Source of the DNA: a virus
Lineage: Duplodnaviria > Caudoviricetes
DNA: 59,133 nt
Direction: 5' to 3' (one strand)
Virus record (IMG/VR): IMGVR_UViG_3300037145_000020
Location: 1-59,133 of that record
Part shown: positions 18,591-27,569 of the stretch, piece after piece
Layout: every line of letters starts with the position of its first letter
Position numbering within the stretch: position 1 is the stretch's first letter
Notes under the pieces: generated by a model
What the model was told of the DNA's origin: nothing
The model's database searches: none
The model's input: only the letters and a program-made list of their open reading frames with translations
Program-made: the position numbers and the translations under genes

Positions 18591-18920
18591 ATGAGGGCCG
18601 AATTCTCCCCCGAGGCGAAGCTCGAAGTAATCGAGCACCTGATCGAGACGACGCGTCACGCGCGCTCGAATCCAGAGTTGGCCGAGCATCACATTCATCT
18701 CGTCCTGAAGGCGGTTGCGCGGGATCTCCGTGCGGCTCTGCCTGGCGCGGCCGGCGCGACGTTGGGCACGCTAGAATTCGCAGTGAATGCCGCTCGCCGG
18801 TCTCAAACTCAGCTCGGCTTTCTTGAGGTCGGCCATCAACAAGCAATTGCAACGAGAGTCCTGGCGCATTGGTCGGTCATTCGGCTTGCGCTACAAGGCA
18901 GACAGGAGGCGTCGCCGTGA
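18591..18920 (+). CDS. hypothetical protein
   Basis: GGGGA RBS; operon order. Confidence 0.6.
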   Translation: MRAEFSPEAKLEVIEHLIETTRHARSNPELAEHHIHLVLKAVARDLRAALPGAAGATLGTLEFAVNAARRSQTQLGFLEVGHQQAIATRVLAHWSVIRLALQGRQEASP

Positions 18921-19282
18921 GCATGGAATCGTTGGTGCTGGAAAGCCTAATCTCTCAGGTTGAGGATCGGGCAGTCGCGGAAGTGGAAGCAAAAAAGGCG
19001 CGCGGCATGCTTCAACAATCCCAACGCGAACTTTTCGATCTGAACGAGAGATTCGAGCAGGTCGGCGCGAAACTCACCGAGTTGGAAGCGGCCTTGGTGG
19101 AGACCAGAGAAAATTCTGCAGCGGCCTATCGCGCTACGCATGCATCGGACACGGCGCTCGCCAATCTCTGTGATGCTGTGGACGGTTTTCTTAAACGTTC
19201 GGGCCGAGGCAAGAGGGTTGCCGAGGCTGCCTTGCAGGCGGCGCTTGCCGAAGCCCATAAGATCGTTGATGTGCCCTTCTGA
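18917..19282 (+). CDS. hypothetical coiled-coil protein
   Basis: AGGAGG RBS. Confidence 0.65.
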   Translation: MSMESLVLESLISQVEDRAVAEVEAKKARGMLQQSQRELFDLNERFEQVGAKLTELEAALVETRENSAAAYRATHASDTALANLCDAVDGFLKRSGRGKRVAEAALQAALAEAHKIVDVPF

Positions 19283-19451
19283 TGATAACCCGCATCCACG
19301 GCAAGGTCTGGCTCGAATGCGACCGATGCCACGAGACTCTCGACACCGAGACCAAGGAAATCTCGGAGGCTCAGGCGCTCTGGAAAACCGAGGGCTGGTC
19401 GTCGCGGTTACTCGCTGCCGGTGGGTGGCATCACTACTGCCCGAAGTGTAA

Positions 19452-19643
19452 ATGAGGTCTGCGGTGTTCGATAAGGCACTTTGGATTCGGCAGTTCAAAA
19501 GGCGCCTGCGCGACCTGCTAGGGGGCGATTACGACGAAGGCTTCGCATCCGAAATTGTCGAGACTTATTGGGACCGCGAGCGCATGTATTGCACGCCAGA
19601 ACATTGCGCCGAAATAGAAGCGAGCGAGCATGGCCAATATTAA
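19452..19643 (+). CDS. hypothetical protein
   Basis: ORF in operon order. Confidence 0.5.
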   Translation: MRSAVFDKALWIRQFKRRLRDLLGGDYDEGFASEIVETYWDRERMYCTPEHCAEIEASEHGQY

Positions 19644-19965
19644 CTTGCGCCAGCGCCAGCCGCGCGAGACCAATCCTCGCTTCCTCGCCTTCGTCCGCCA
19701 GCAGCGGTGCTGCGTCTGCGATCACTGGCCGCCTGTGCAGGCCAGTCACATACGGATGGGCAACATTACGCGCGGGGTGAGGAAGGTCGGGATGGGGGAG
19801 CGTCCGAGTGATTGCCACGCCGTGCCCCTTTGCGCGGATTGCCATTTGGATGGGCCCGGTGCGCTCCACAAAGTGGGCGAGGCTAAATTCTGGGCTAGGA
19901 AGGGCATAAACCCCTTCGTCATCGCCGAGGCGCTGTACACTCAATTCCATGGCACTGAGGCATGA
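19630..19965 (+). CDS. DUF968/HNH-like Zn-binding protein
   Basis: FL.FVR...CCVC....ASH..G.G.RPSD..AVPLC..CH...H..GE..FW. Confidence 0.8.
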   Translation: MANINLRQRQPRETNPRFLAFVRQQRCCVCDHWPPVQASHIRMGNITRGVRKVGMGERPSDCHAVPLCADCHLDGPGALHKVGEAKFWARKGINPFVIAEALYTQFHGTEA

Positions 19966-20612
19966 CGCAACTATCGCTCGCGATTCCCGAGGTCATTGCG
20001 CGGTCGCGGATGCCGGCCGAGCCCATCATTCGGGATGCTGAGATCGAGGATGGCTATCGCTGGACGCTCAAGCGCGCATGGGGTCCAGGGCCCTGCATCA
20101 TGTGGTGTGGACTCAATCCATCGCGGGCGAATGCGCTCCGGGATGATCCAACCATGCTCCGGGAGATCGGCTTCTCTTATCGGTGGGGCTTTGGCTCGCT
20201 GATCAAGGTCAACATTTTCCCCCTGATTACGCCGTCGCCCAGAGAATTGCACCAATGGCTGCGCCAAGCAAACCGGGAGCCGCCGGTTATGAGCGGCATC
20301 TGGCCCTATTCGAAGCAGCCCATCGCCGCGATAATGCGTAACCATCAGGCGGTGCGCATGGCCATCAAGCAGTCGGCATTGTGCGTAGCCGCATGGGGGA
20401 ACCATGCCGATCCCGAAGAGGTGGGTTTCTTTCTTGACGAGGCGACCTTACAGACTGACGCGGATGGCGATACTGGCGATCCAGCGATCAGCATCCCGGT
20501 CGAATGGAAGTGTCTTGGCATCAATGATGATGGCAGCCCGCGGCATACACTGGCGCGCGGCAAAAACCGCATCCCCGATGACGCCAAGCTGATGCCATGG
20601 TCCGCCCCATAA
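19962..20612 (+). CDS. DUF1643 protein
   Basis: YRW.L.R.W....GLNPS.A...DDPT..R; N.FP..TP.P; AAWG; G.P.H. Confidence 0.85.
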   Translation: MTQLSLAIPEVIARSRMPAEPIIRDAEIEDGYRWTLKRAWGPGPCIMWCGLNPSRANALRDDPTMLREIGFSYRWGFGSLIKVNIFPLITPSPRELHQWLRQANREPPVMSGIWPYSKQPIAAIMRNHQAVRMAIKQSALCVAAWGNHADPEEVGFFLDEATLQTDADGDTGDPAISIPVEWKCLGINDDGSPRHTLARGKNRIPDDAKLMPWSAP

Positions 20613-20795
20613 AGGAACCGCCCCGCCGGTGATGGCGGGGCAGTCTAGTTTGGGAGGCGAAAATCCGAAGGGCAGCAGCCCAGCGGTTCGCTTTTGTCTA
20701 CGATTCTCGGTTGGTGGTCAAACCGTGGCAATGGAACCTTTGCGGCGAATCCGGTATTTATCCACTGTCCCGCTCCGGGATCGGAGGAAATGGCC

Positions 20796-21287
20796 ATGAC
20801 CGGATCGTCGCTGGTCGGCTTTCTTGTGTCGCTGATCGTCTTATCTGGCGTGACTGCAATATTCTTCATTGCCATCGACAAGGTCGCCAAAGACCCGGTT
20901 CTGGCGAAAATCGCCAAGATTGCAGTGGGCTGTCTCATCGTCATCTATTTCGTGTTGGCGGTCGCTGGCGTGCTTGGGTTCGGAGGAGGCGCAGTCAGCG
21001 CCAGCCCATGGGGCGTCATCATCTTCGCCATCGGCGTGCTTGTACTGCTTGCGGTGCTCTACATTGTCGACCTGTTCCTGCCTTGGCTCGCTGGAAAGAT
21101 GGGCATGGGGGCGCCAGTGGTTTCGGACATCCAGTACGTCATAACGATTCTGGCCATCATTGCGCTGCTTGTCGTGGCTGGCGAGGCCCTGCTGTCGGGA
21201 TCTGTGCGCTGGCCGTTTGCTCACGCCAGTTACGATTCTGACAGACCGCTGCCACCGCGGCAGGACCGCGACCTCGGCGTGCGGTGA
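20796..21287 (+). CDS. multi-pass membrane protein
   Basis: Four hydrophobic helices in two repeats; GGAGG RBS. Confidence 0.7.
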   Translation: MTGSSLVGFLVSLIVLSGVTAIFFIAIDKVAKDPVLAKIAKIAVGCLIVIYFVLAVAGVLGFGGGAVSASPWGVIIFAIGVLVLLAVLYIVDLFLPWLAGKMGMGAPVVSDIQYVITILAIIALLVVAGEALLSGSVRWPFAHASYDSDRPLPPRQDRDLGVR

Positions 21288-21526
21288 ACGAGCATCAACG
21301 CATCGAGCGCAAGATGCTCCGCAGCCAAGGAACCATCCTGGGCTGGATGCTGCTCGGCGCATTCGCCTTCGTAGTGGCGATCATGAGTTTCCCGGCCTGG
21401 TGGCCGCTCGTCCTGTACGCATGGCAGAACTGGATAAACCGGTGAGCCGGGACGACCGTAGGCTTGTGCTTGCCATGGTCGTGATGGGCATCGGTGCCTT
21501 GGTGATCCGACTGCTGTTTCCCCACT

Positions 21527-21560
21527 AAAAAAGCCGCCCTGGTTGGGCGGCTCTTTCATT
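21527..21560. terminator. bidirectional terminator between converging operons
   Basis: AAAAAAGCCGCCC-TGGTT-GGGCGGCT-CTTT. Confidence 0.75.
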
Positions 21561-21576
21561 TCAACCGTCGGGAAAG

Positions 21577-21960
21577 TCAGGCTCGGCTGGCGGTCCGCGG
21601 GATGTTGTCGACCACCGTTACCAATGAAACGGGATGGCGCCAAGATGCTTCGCTTGGGACGCGTGGGGCGCGGGCGTGGCGCAGGTAACTCGCGAAGGTC
21701 ACGAAGGCCCATCCCATCTCGGTCAGCACGTCATAGAAGGGCGGAAGCTGCCAAACTACCGAAATGTGCCAAGCGCTGATTGCGAGTACCGCGATCAAAA
21801 AGAGATAGGTCGCGCGGTGGGCTAATAGGAGGAGGGCCACTCGGGAATGCCAGCCGGCGTCCTTTGTCACGATCTGCATAAAGACGATTGCAGCGCATGC
21901 CGCGAGTACCTGCATGGTGATGAGTAGAGTGATCAGGCTGTCCTCGATCGCTATGCTCAC
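21577..21960 (-). CDS. membrane protein (lysis region)
   Basis: Three TM-like segments. Confidence 0.6.
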   Translation of the reverse strand: MSIAIEDSLITLLITMQVLAACAAIVFMQIVTKDAGWHSRVALLLLAHRATYLFLIAVLAISAWHISVVWQLPPFYDVLTEMGWAFVTFASYLRHARAPRVPSEASWRHPVSLVTVVDNIPRTASRA

Positions 21961-22244
21961 TTGCCATCTCCGTTGAGCTTTTTTCTAACCATGTCCTGAA
22001 CCAACAATAACCCTCCGGTTCCGAATGATCCGATAATAAGCGTGATCCAGTTTGCCGGTTTGAGTCCGATCAAGAGCGGCATGTTGGGTCCGAAATAAGT
22101 TCCGACGACGGTGCCTATAAAGACGGTGGCGATGATCGACTTCGCAGTCGGCTTCGTCAACAGGAACGCCGCGCACACACTCCCAAGAAACGCCGCAAGT
22201 ACGTCACCGGTTCCCGCGCCCAGCGCCGCGAGTATTTGTTCCAT
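21957..22244 (-). CDS. putative holin
   Basis: 95 aa, three TM segments, basic C-terminus. Confidence 0.55.
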   Translation of the reverse strand: MEQILAALGAGTGDVLAAFLGSVCAAFLLTKPTAKSIIATVFIGTVVGTYFGPNMPLLIGLKPANWITLIIGSFGTGGLLLVQDMVRKKLNGDGK

Positions 22245-22344
22245 CGTCCCAGCCCCTTAAGTCAGGGAAGTATTTTAGTTCCCTTGGGCTGTAGCACGAT
22301 TCTGCCGCCTTTACTGTACGTCACCCGACATATCAGGGAAGGCG

Positions 22345-22830
22345 TTAGTGGAACATCCTTGCCAAGAAATCCGCCGCTGCAGCGAAAGCCGCTATGGCAG
22401 CAATCACTCCCAAGATCACCGCGCCGAGACTGCTCAAGCCCTGTTGCTTGCCGATGCTGCGTTCCTCATTCTTGGCAATACGAGCCGAAGCTTCCGCTTG
22501 GCGCGCGTCATAGGCGTTCATTCGCTCAATCAAGCTGTTGTGTTGGACTGTGTATTCCGAGCGAGGCATCAGAGCACTTGCTTGGTCTCCTAGAGCCGCT
22601 CGAAATTCATTGACGGAATCAAAGCGTTTTTCGCTCGCTTGGTCGGCCTTGGCCATCGCATGGTCAGATGCGGCCAAAGCAATAGAGACGGCCTTATCCT
22701 GAGCCACAGTACGCTCGTCATATCGCCTTCCGCGCTCATCGAAAAGTTCGCGAAAGCCGCGCAGGCTCGTTTCGAGCGCAACTATGCGTGCGTTTAGATC
22801 GTCCCCCACGGCACGATGATTCCCCTTCAA
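22345..22830 (-). CDS. coiled-coil protein with C-terminal TM
   Basis: Heptads followed by LGAVILGVIAAIAAFAAA. Confidence 0.65.
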   Translation of the reverse strand: MKGNHRAVGDDLNARIVALETSLRGFRELFDERGRRYDERTVAQDKAVSIALAASDHAMAKADQASEKRFDSVNEFRAALGDQASALMPRSEYTVQHNSLIERMNAYDARQAEASARIAKNEERSIGKQQGLSSLGAVILGVIAAIAAFAAAADFLARMFH

Positions 22831-22907
22831 AGGGTCGTCATATCACAACGCAGGGGAGAGGGCCTGTACCGCCGCCGCCAGCACCAACTCGACATTGGTG
22901 GGGAGCA

Positions 22908-23513
22908 TCAGACGAGGCTCGGCGCCGTTGGTTTGTTTGCTGGAGCATTGCTGACGATCTGCGCTCCGGCTGTCGTCTGAGGAATCATGTCGACTATGCG
23001 CTTGGCGACGTAGTCCGGTGTAAGGCCGAAGTGTGCAGCCGCATCAGGGATGCACTGGATGATCTCTTTCGCCGCGGTGGCAAGTTCGGCGCTCGGCACA
23101 GTGACCGTCTTGCCTTCCATTTTCACGAGGCCGTCGGCGATCAATGACCCGGCTTGGTTCTGCAATGCATGAGCAAGCGAGTCCCGGTGCGCTTGGTCGA
23201 TCGTCACTCCGGTACTCTGCTGGAATCGAGTGCAGGCCCATCCGATCGCGGCAAGGATCAGCGCATTGACGGCGGAATTTATGTAGGGGGCAAATGCTCC
23301 GAAGGCTTGCCCGATATCAATGACGCCTCCGCTCGGCGGCAGGACGTAGGTGGGCGAGCCGATCGGTGCGCCGACGACTTGCGCCGGGGCGGCCTGGGCC
23401 TGCGGGACCGGAGATTGCTGGGTGAACTGCGCGTGCGCACCGTAATGGTCTGCAGCGTTGAGGATGAATGCGCAGAGAACCGTCGCGGCGGCGAATGCAA
23501 TGAAGCGCTTCAT
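22908..23513 (-). CDS. membrane protein, holin-like (LL-H-like fold?) with signal peptide
   Basis: N-terminal signal, TM, then ID..HR..L..AL. Confidence 0.55.
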   Translation of the reverse strand: MKRFIAFAAATVLCAFILNAADHYGAHAQFTQQSPVPQAQAAPAQVVGAPIGSPTYVLPPSGGVIDIGQAFGAFAPYINSAVNALILAAIGWACTRFQQSTGVTIDQAHRDSLAHALQNQAGSLIADGLVKMEGKTVTVPSAELATAAKEIIQCIPDAAAHFGLTPDYVAKRIVDMIPQTTAGAQIVSNAPANKPTAPSLV

Positions 23514-23556
23514 GGGGAGCCTCCTAGCCAGAGGCTCCCGTAGCACGATTCCGGGA

Positions 23557-24081
23557 TTACTGCATCAAGGCGCGTTCGAGGCCGCGGGTGATATCGCTCT
23601 CGAAACGCGCCGGGCCTTGCTGGACGATCTTCGGCATTGTCGGGTCTGGCTTGCCGCCGAAATGCGCAGGGGCGCCGCCAATGCGTTCTGTGGGATTGGC
23701 AGGCTTGGCCTCGGTGACGGAAGCGGTGTGCGAGTCCATGAGTCCGCTCGATGCCATCTGCCCTATCTCGCGCAGGATGGACTCCAATCGCTCATGACTC
23801 TTTGAAATGCGGTCTAGGCGTTCGGTCAGACGCTGCACCTGTTTCCGGAGCCGGTCAGCATCGGCTCGCGCATCCAATGCCGCTTGCTCATAGGCGTTCC
23901 GCTCGTTTGATATCCGGTCAAACTCGCGCTTCGCGGTCGCCGCAGCCTGGTCGCCGTCCATAATCATCCTCGCGATGGTCTCTGCTGATGCGAGGGCGGC
24001 CTTGACCTCGGGCCGCTGTTTGATTGCCTCGAACTCATCGGGGAACAGTTCGTGGGATACGGCTTCGAGTGCTGCATTCAT
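23557..24081 (-). CDS. hypothetical coiled-coil protein
   Basis: GGAG RBS; heptad pattern. Confidence 0.65.
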   Translation of the reverse strand: MNAALEAVSHELFPDEFEAIKQRPEVKAALASAETIARMIMDGDQAAATAKREFDRISNERNAYEQAALDARADADRLRKQVQRLTERLDRISKSHERLESILREIGQMASSGLMDSHTASVTEAKPANPTERIGGAPAHFGGKPDPTMPKIVQQGPARFESDITRGLERALMQ

Positions 24082-24293
24082 TTGATGTTTCTCCAAGAGT
24101 GGATATTCGCCATCGCGAATGTGCGTTCCGACATGGTTTCCAGATCAACCGCCTCTAACAGCCACTGCGTTTCAGGATGGTATTCGTTGTTTTCGAACGC
24201 CACCGACAGCGGTCGGATGCGGCGCATGGCACGTTCGCCGCGCCAGTTGGTGTAGTCGATCATGACCTCTTGTTTCGGATCGGCCATGCTCAA
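24078..24293 (-). CDS. stand-alone WYL-domain protein
   Basis: IDYTNWRGE...R.I.P.......HP..QWLL.A.D....RTFA...I. Confidence 0.75.
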   Translation of the reverse strand: MSMADPKQEVMIDYTNWRGERAMRRIRPLSVAFENNEYHPETQWLLEAVDLETMSERTFAMANIHSWRNIK

Positions 24294-24335
24294 AACTAAA
24301 CCGCCCGGCCGGGGTTAATCCAGCCGGGCGGCTCT
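24293..24335 (-). terminator. terminator after outer-membrane protein gene
   Basis: CCGCCCGGC..GCCGGGCGG hairpin then TTTAGTTTT on minus strand. Confidence 0.65.
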
Positions 24336-24349
24336 GTTTGTCCCCGCTA

Positions 24350-25144
24350 TTAGTGGCCTACGCCAAAATCGTATTGAATTCCTACGCGGTACACAGTCTG
24401 CATTGAGGCGCTGGCGCTTACCTGTAGCGGCGCACCGCCTGGTGCAGCAAACACGCCGGTCAGGTCAGCGCCCTTCGTCGGCCATTCAATATCGGCGTGG
24501 ATTTTCAACGAGCCGTTGTTCGGAAGGCCATTCGTGCCGAGCGTCTGCCATCGGTAGCCAGTCGTCACGCCAGGAGCCAAGCCCCATGTCTGTCCGCTGG
24601 CTGAGCCGAAGGTCCCGGCGATCTCATACTCGTCCAAAATGAAACCGAGGTACTGTCGCGGAATCGTCGCGACAGCGATGTTCGCCGGCAGCATCCCCGA
24701 TGGATTGAATGTGGGAAAACTTATGCCGACATTGCCGACTGCCGCGAGGATCGTCTGGAAGACCTGCGCGCCGACGTCGAATTCCTCTCGAATACTCCAA
24801 AGGGAATTGACCGAAGCCCCACCCATCGAGCCGCTGATGTTCTGATACCGCAGATCGACCTCGATCTGACACCACGTCTGCAGAAGGCAGTTGCTCCAGA
24901 TGTATCCGGCATCGACGCCGACCGCGCCGCCATCAGATGTGAGATTGCCGCCAGTGAGGTTGGGAAAGGCGGAGCCGTTCACACTCGAGGAGGCCACGGC
25001 TGCGTCGGTTCCGACTCCGAGGTACCAGCCTGAGCCGGCGGGAGCGAAGGGCTGAATGTACGGAGGTGCCTTCAAGGGCATGTCGGCCGCAAAGGCCGGC
25101 GCGGCGATGAAAAACGCAACGGCAGCGAGAAGTAATTTCCGCAT
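24350..25144 (-). CDS. outer-membrane beta-barrel protein (Omp25/RopB-like)
   Basis: Signal peptide, ADMPLKAPP, GWYLG, C-terminal RVGIQYDF. Confidence 0.8.
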   Translation of the reverse strand: MRKLLLAAVAFFIAAPAFAADMPLKAPPYIQPFAPAGSGWYLGVGTDAAVASSSVNGSAFPNLTGGNLTSDGGAVGVDAGYIWSNCLLQTWCQIEVDLRYQNISGSMGGASVNSLWSIREEFDVGAQVFQTILAAVGNVGISFPTFNPSGMLPANIAVATIPRQYLGFILDEYEIAGTFGSASGQTWGLAPGVTTGYRWQTLGTNGLPNNGSLKIHADIEWPTKGADLTGVFAAPGGAPLQVSASASMQTVYRVGIQYDFGVGH

Positions 25145-25222
25145 TGGTGGTCTCCTGCTGTGATTCGGGATTGCGGGGAAACCGTAGCGCAGGTTGCTGT
25201 GGTTTTTATGCCACAGATAAAA

Positions 25223-26056
25223 TTACTTTGCGGTGCGCAATTTGGCGGTGATCGCGGCCCATGTGGCTGGCCCGGCAATGCCGTCGGGCTGAAGGTGGAC
25301 GTTCTGCTGGAACTGGCGCACGGCGGCTGATGTCGTCCGACCATACGAACCATCCACGGTCAGGGCTGGATTGGCCCCCAGGCGGTTCAGAGCCTCTTGC
25401 AGGGCGGCTCCGCTATGGAGCCCCTGCGGAGGTGGCATCGGGGGCGGAACGCTTGCTGGCGGCGTTTCTTGTGGCGTTACGGCCCCTGCCAACTGGAGGG
25501 CGGGTTCCAGGGCTACCATCCGAAGCATAACTGGCACGATGCCGACCTGCTCATCGATGGCTGTCGCACTCCAGACGTTGTCGCGAATGTACTTCCCGCC
25601 CGTATAGATGTTCGTGCCCGCGAATAGATAGCCAGTGTGCTTGCCGTGCTCTCGGGGGCCGAATCCATTCCAGGCTTCGCCCTCGTACATTGAACGCGGC
25701 CAAGTCCATCCGACCACCTGGTCGATCTTGTCGAGGTGCAGGGCATCGCGGAGGCCATTCTCAAATGCGCTCGGGCCAGTGAATGGACCGCGGCCTCGCG
25801 GGACGTCTGAGGTCTTGCGGTCGAGAGGATCGCCATTGCCAAAATAGGTTCGGAAGATTCCCGCTCCGCCTTCGCGCTCGCCGACTGCGGCAAGCCAGAT
25901 CGCCGGCACTCCCGTCGTGTGGCTCACGTCCGTGTAGTGGGGCAGGTAAGTCAGCAGGCGTTCGGCCGTCTCATCCACTTCGGCCTCGCGCGTCACCACC
26001 ATGCTCGCGAGGAGCGAGGTGTATTCCGCGGAGAGGGTGTCGAAGGGAAAGTTCAT
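25223..26056 (-). CDS. endolysin with C-terminal peptidoglycan-binding domain
   Basis: Lysozyme-like N-terminus (ERE..NGDPL..VP.GRGPF..E..NG.G); LQ.ALN.LG..L.VDG.YG..T..AV..FQ..DGI.GP.TW. Confidence 0.88.
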   Translation of the reverse strand: MNFPFDTLSAEYTSLLASMVVTREAEVDETAERLLTYLPHYTDVSHTTGVPAIWLAAVGEREGGAGIFRTYFGNGDPLDRKTSDVPRGRGPFTGPSAFENGLRDALHLDKIDQVVGWTWPRSMYEGEAWNGFGPREHGKHTGYLFAGTNIYTGGKYIRDNVWSATAIDEQVGIVPVMLRMVALEPALQLAGAVTPQETPPASVPPPMPPPQGLHSGAALQEALNRLGANPALTVDGSYGRTTSAAVRQFQQNVHLQPDGIAGPATWAAITAKLRTAK

Positions 26057-26850
26057 TGCGAGGGCACTGATATCCACAAAACAGTGAGCACCATCGAATT
26101 TTCCCCACCTGATCCGGTGTAGGCGGCATTGAAATTCGAATAGGTCACGGGCTCGTTGACCATGCCTGAGAGGACTATCAAGTTGTTGTTTGCGTAGCTC
26201 AGGCCGATGGCGCTCGGACCACCGCTTGGACCCCCGGATGAGCCGCCAATCGGCACTTGCTGATCGCCTCCGTCGGCCTGAAAGCTCGAACTGTTGTTGT
26301 AATAGAGGCCGCCTGCGCCTCCTCCCGTGAAGCTCTGCCCCACATTTTTGTAGACATACATCGCCTGCACAATTTCGATGACGGTATTGGCACCCTGTGC
26401 TGGGATGATGGTGATTGGGACGGTCGTGAGATTGGCAATTTGGGAATCAGTCAATCGGACTGTAGTGGCATTTACTGGACTGCTGCCGCCTCCGACTGCC
26501 GAGACTTTGCCGCCGCTGCAGGTCGTTGTTGCCCCATCGCAGGACAGCAATCCTTCGACCGAATTTGTCCCTAGTTGAATCGCTGGCGACGCATCGCTGC
26601 GCATGTATGTCGGCGCAGAGCCATTGATCGCGGCTGGGCCCGCCGTTGCCGTTGGATTTCCAGCGGATGGGCCGCCGCCTGACCCACAGGGCGCTCCCGC
26701 ATCCTCGGCTTGGTACGTTCCGAACCACTCCACGCAATTGCCGGGCGTGACGACGCCGTGCTGCTGCACGCCCGGTGGCGCAGAGAGTTGCGCTACTGCT
26801 GGCGAAGCCAGAAATGCGAGAGCGAGGCCGATTAGGATTCTTCGCATCAT
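26053..26850 (-). CDS. signal-peptide-bearing fibre/adhesin-like protein
   Basis: [21 protein letters not shown] signal; MRSDA fibre-type motif; four Cys. Confidence 0.65.
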   Translation of the reverse strand: MMRRILIGLALAFLASPAVAQLSAPPGVQQHGVVTPGNCVEWFGTYQAEDAGAPCGSGGGPSAGNPTATAGPAAINGSAPTYMRSDASPAIQLGTNSVEGLLSCDGATTTCSGGKVSAVGGGSSPVNATTVRLTDSQIANLTTVPITIIPAQGANTVIEIVQAMYVYKNVGQSFTGGGAGGLYYNNSSSFQADGGDQQVPIGGSSGGPSGGPSAIGLSYANNNLIVLSGMVNEPVTYSNFNAAYTGSGGENSMVLTVLWISVPSQ

Positions 26851-27569
26851 TGACCGTCGCATTGGTAATCGAACACATCCCCGCCGAGCACAGTGGCGAT
26901 CACGGTGATTGCAGTTTTCGAATAGGTATAGCCGAAGGCTGCAAGCGTGCTCTGCGATGTCACCCGGCAATGATTATAGGTCGTGAACGGCGTTGCGAAA
27001 GTGGCAGTGCAACTCGTTGCTGTCGATCCTACGGTGACCGTGCCAGAGAGATTGGTGGCGTTCGCGTCAACGCTTGGACTCGTGCCACATGCCGAGAGGA
27101 TAGGAGCGGCGCCAGCGGTGGCCGCGAGAAGCTGGACCGGATTGGCGTATTCGTAGAAAAGACCTGCAGTCGTGATCCAGAAATCGCCCAGCAGAGGCGA
27201 TGTCGGCGCGGTACCGGCCGGAATGTTGAGTCCTGCGGCTCCCGTTCCAGGCGCCACCAGGACAAGCTTCCCCGTGAGGGTCCCGCCAGTCAGCGGGAGA
27301 TATGGACCACCGGTCGCATCGGCTTTTTGCTGAAAACAGAAATTCCACTGCGCGGCCGTCAAGACAGCGCCATAGGCGATGTATGAGCATGCGGACTGCG
27401 CATTCGCCGGGCGCGGCGTGATCGACAGAAACGCAGCGAACGCAAGCGCCATGAAACGCAGCATGTCTCGGCTCGGTATCATTCGTCCCGTCATCTCGCT
27501 GGCACGTTGGACCGGAGCCGCGTCCCGTCGCCGCCAGATCGAGGCAATGAGTCGCCAGATCATCTTCAT
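26847..27569 (-). CDS. tail fibre-like protein with signal peptide
   Basis: [14 protein letters not shown] and [11 protein letters not shown] fibre motifs; hydrophobic leader ending ANA-Q. Confidence 0.7.
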   Translation of the reverse strand: MKMIWRLIASIWRRRDAAPVQRASEMTGRMIPSRDMLRFMALAFAAFLSITPRPANAQSACSYIAYGAVLTAAQWNFCFQQKADATGGPYLPLTGGTLTGKLVLVAPGTGAAGLNIPAGTAPTSPLLGDFWITTAGLFYEYANPVQLLAATAGAAPILSACGTSPSVDANATNLSGTVTVGSTATSCTATFATPFTTYNHCRVTSQSTLAAFGYTYSKTAITVIATVLGGDVFDYQCDGQ

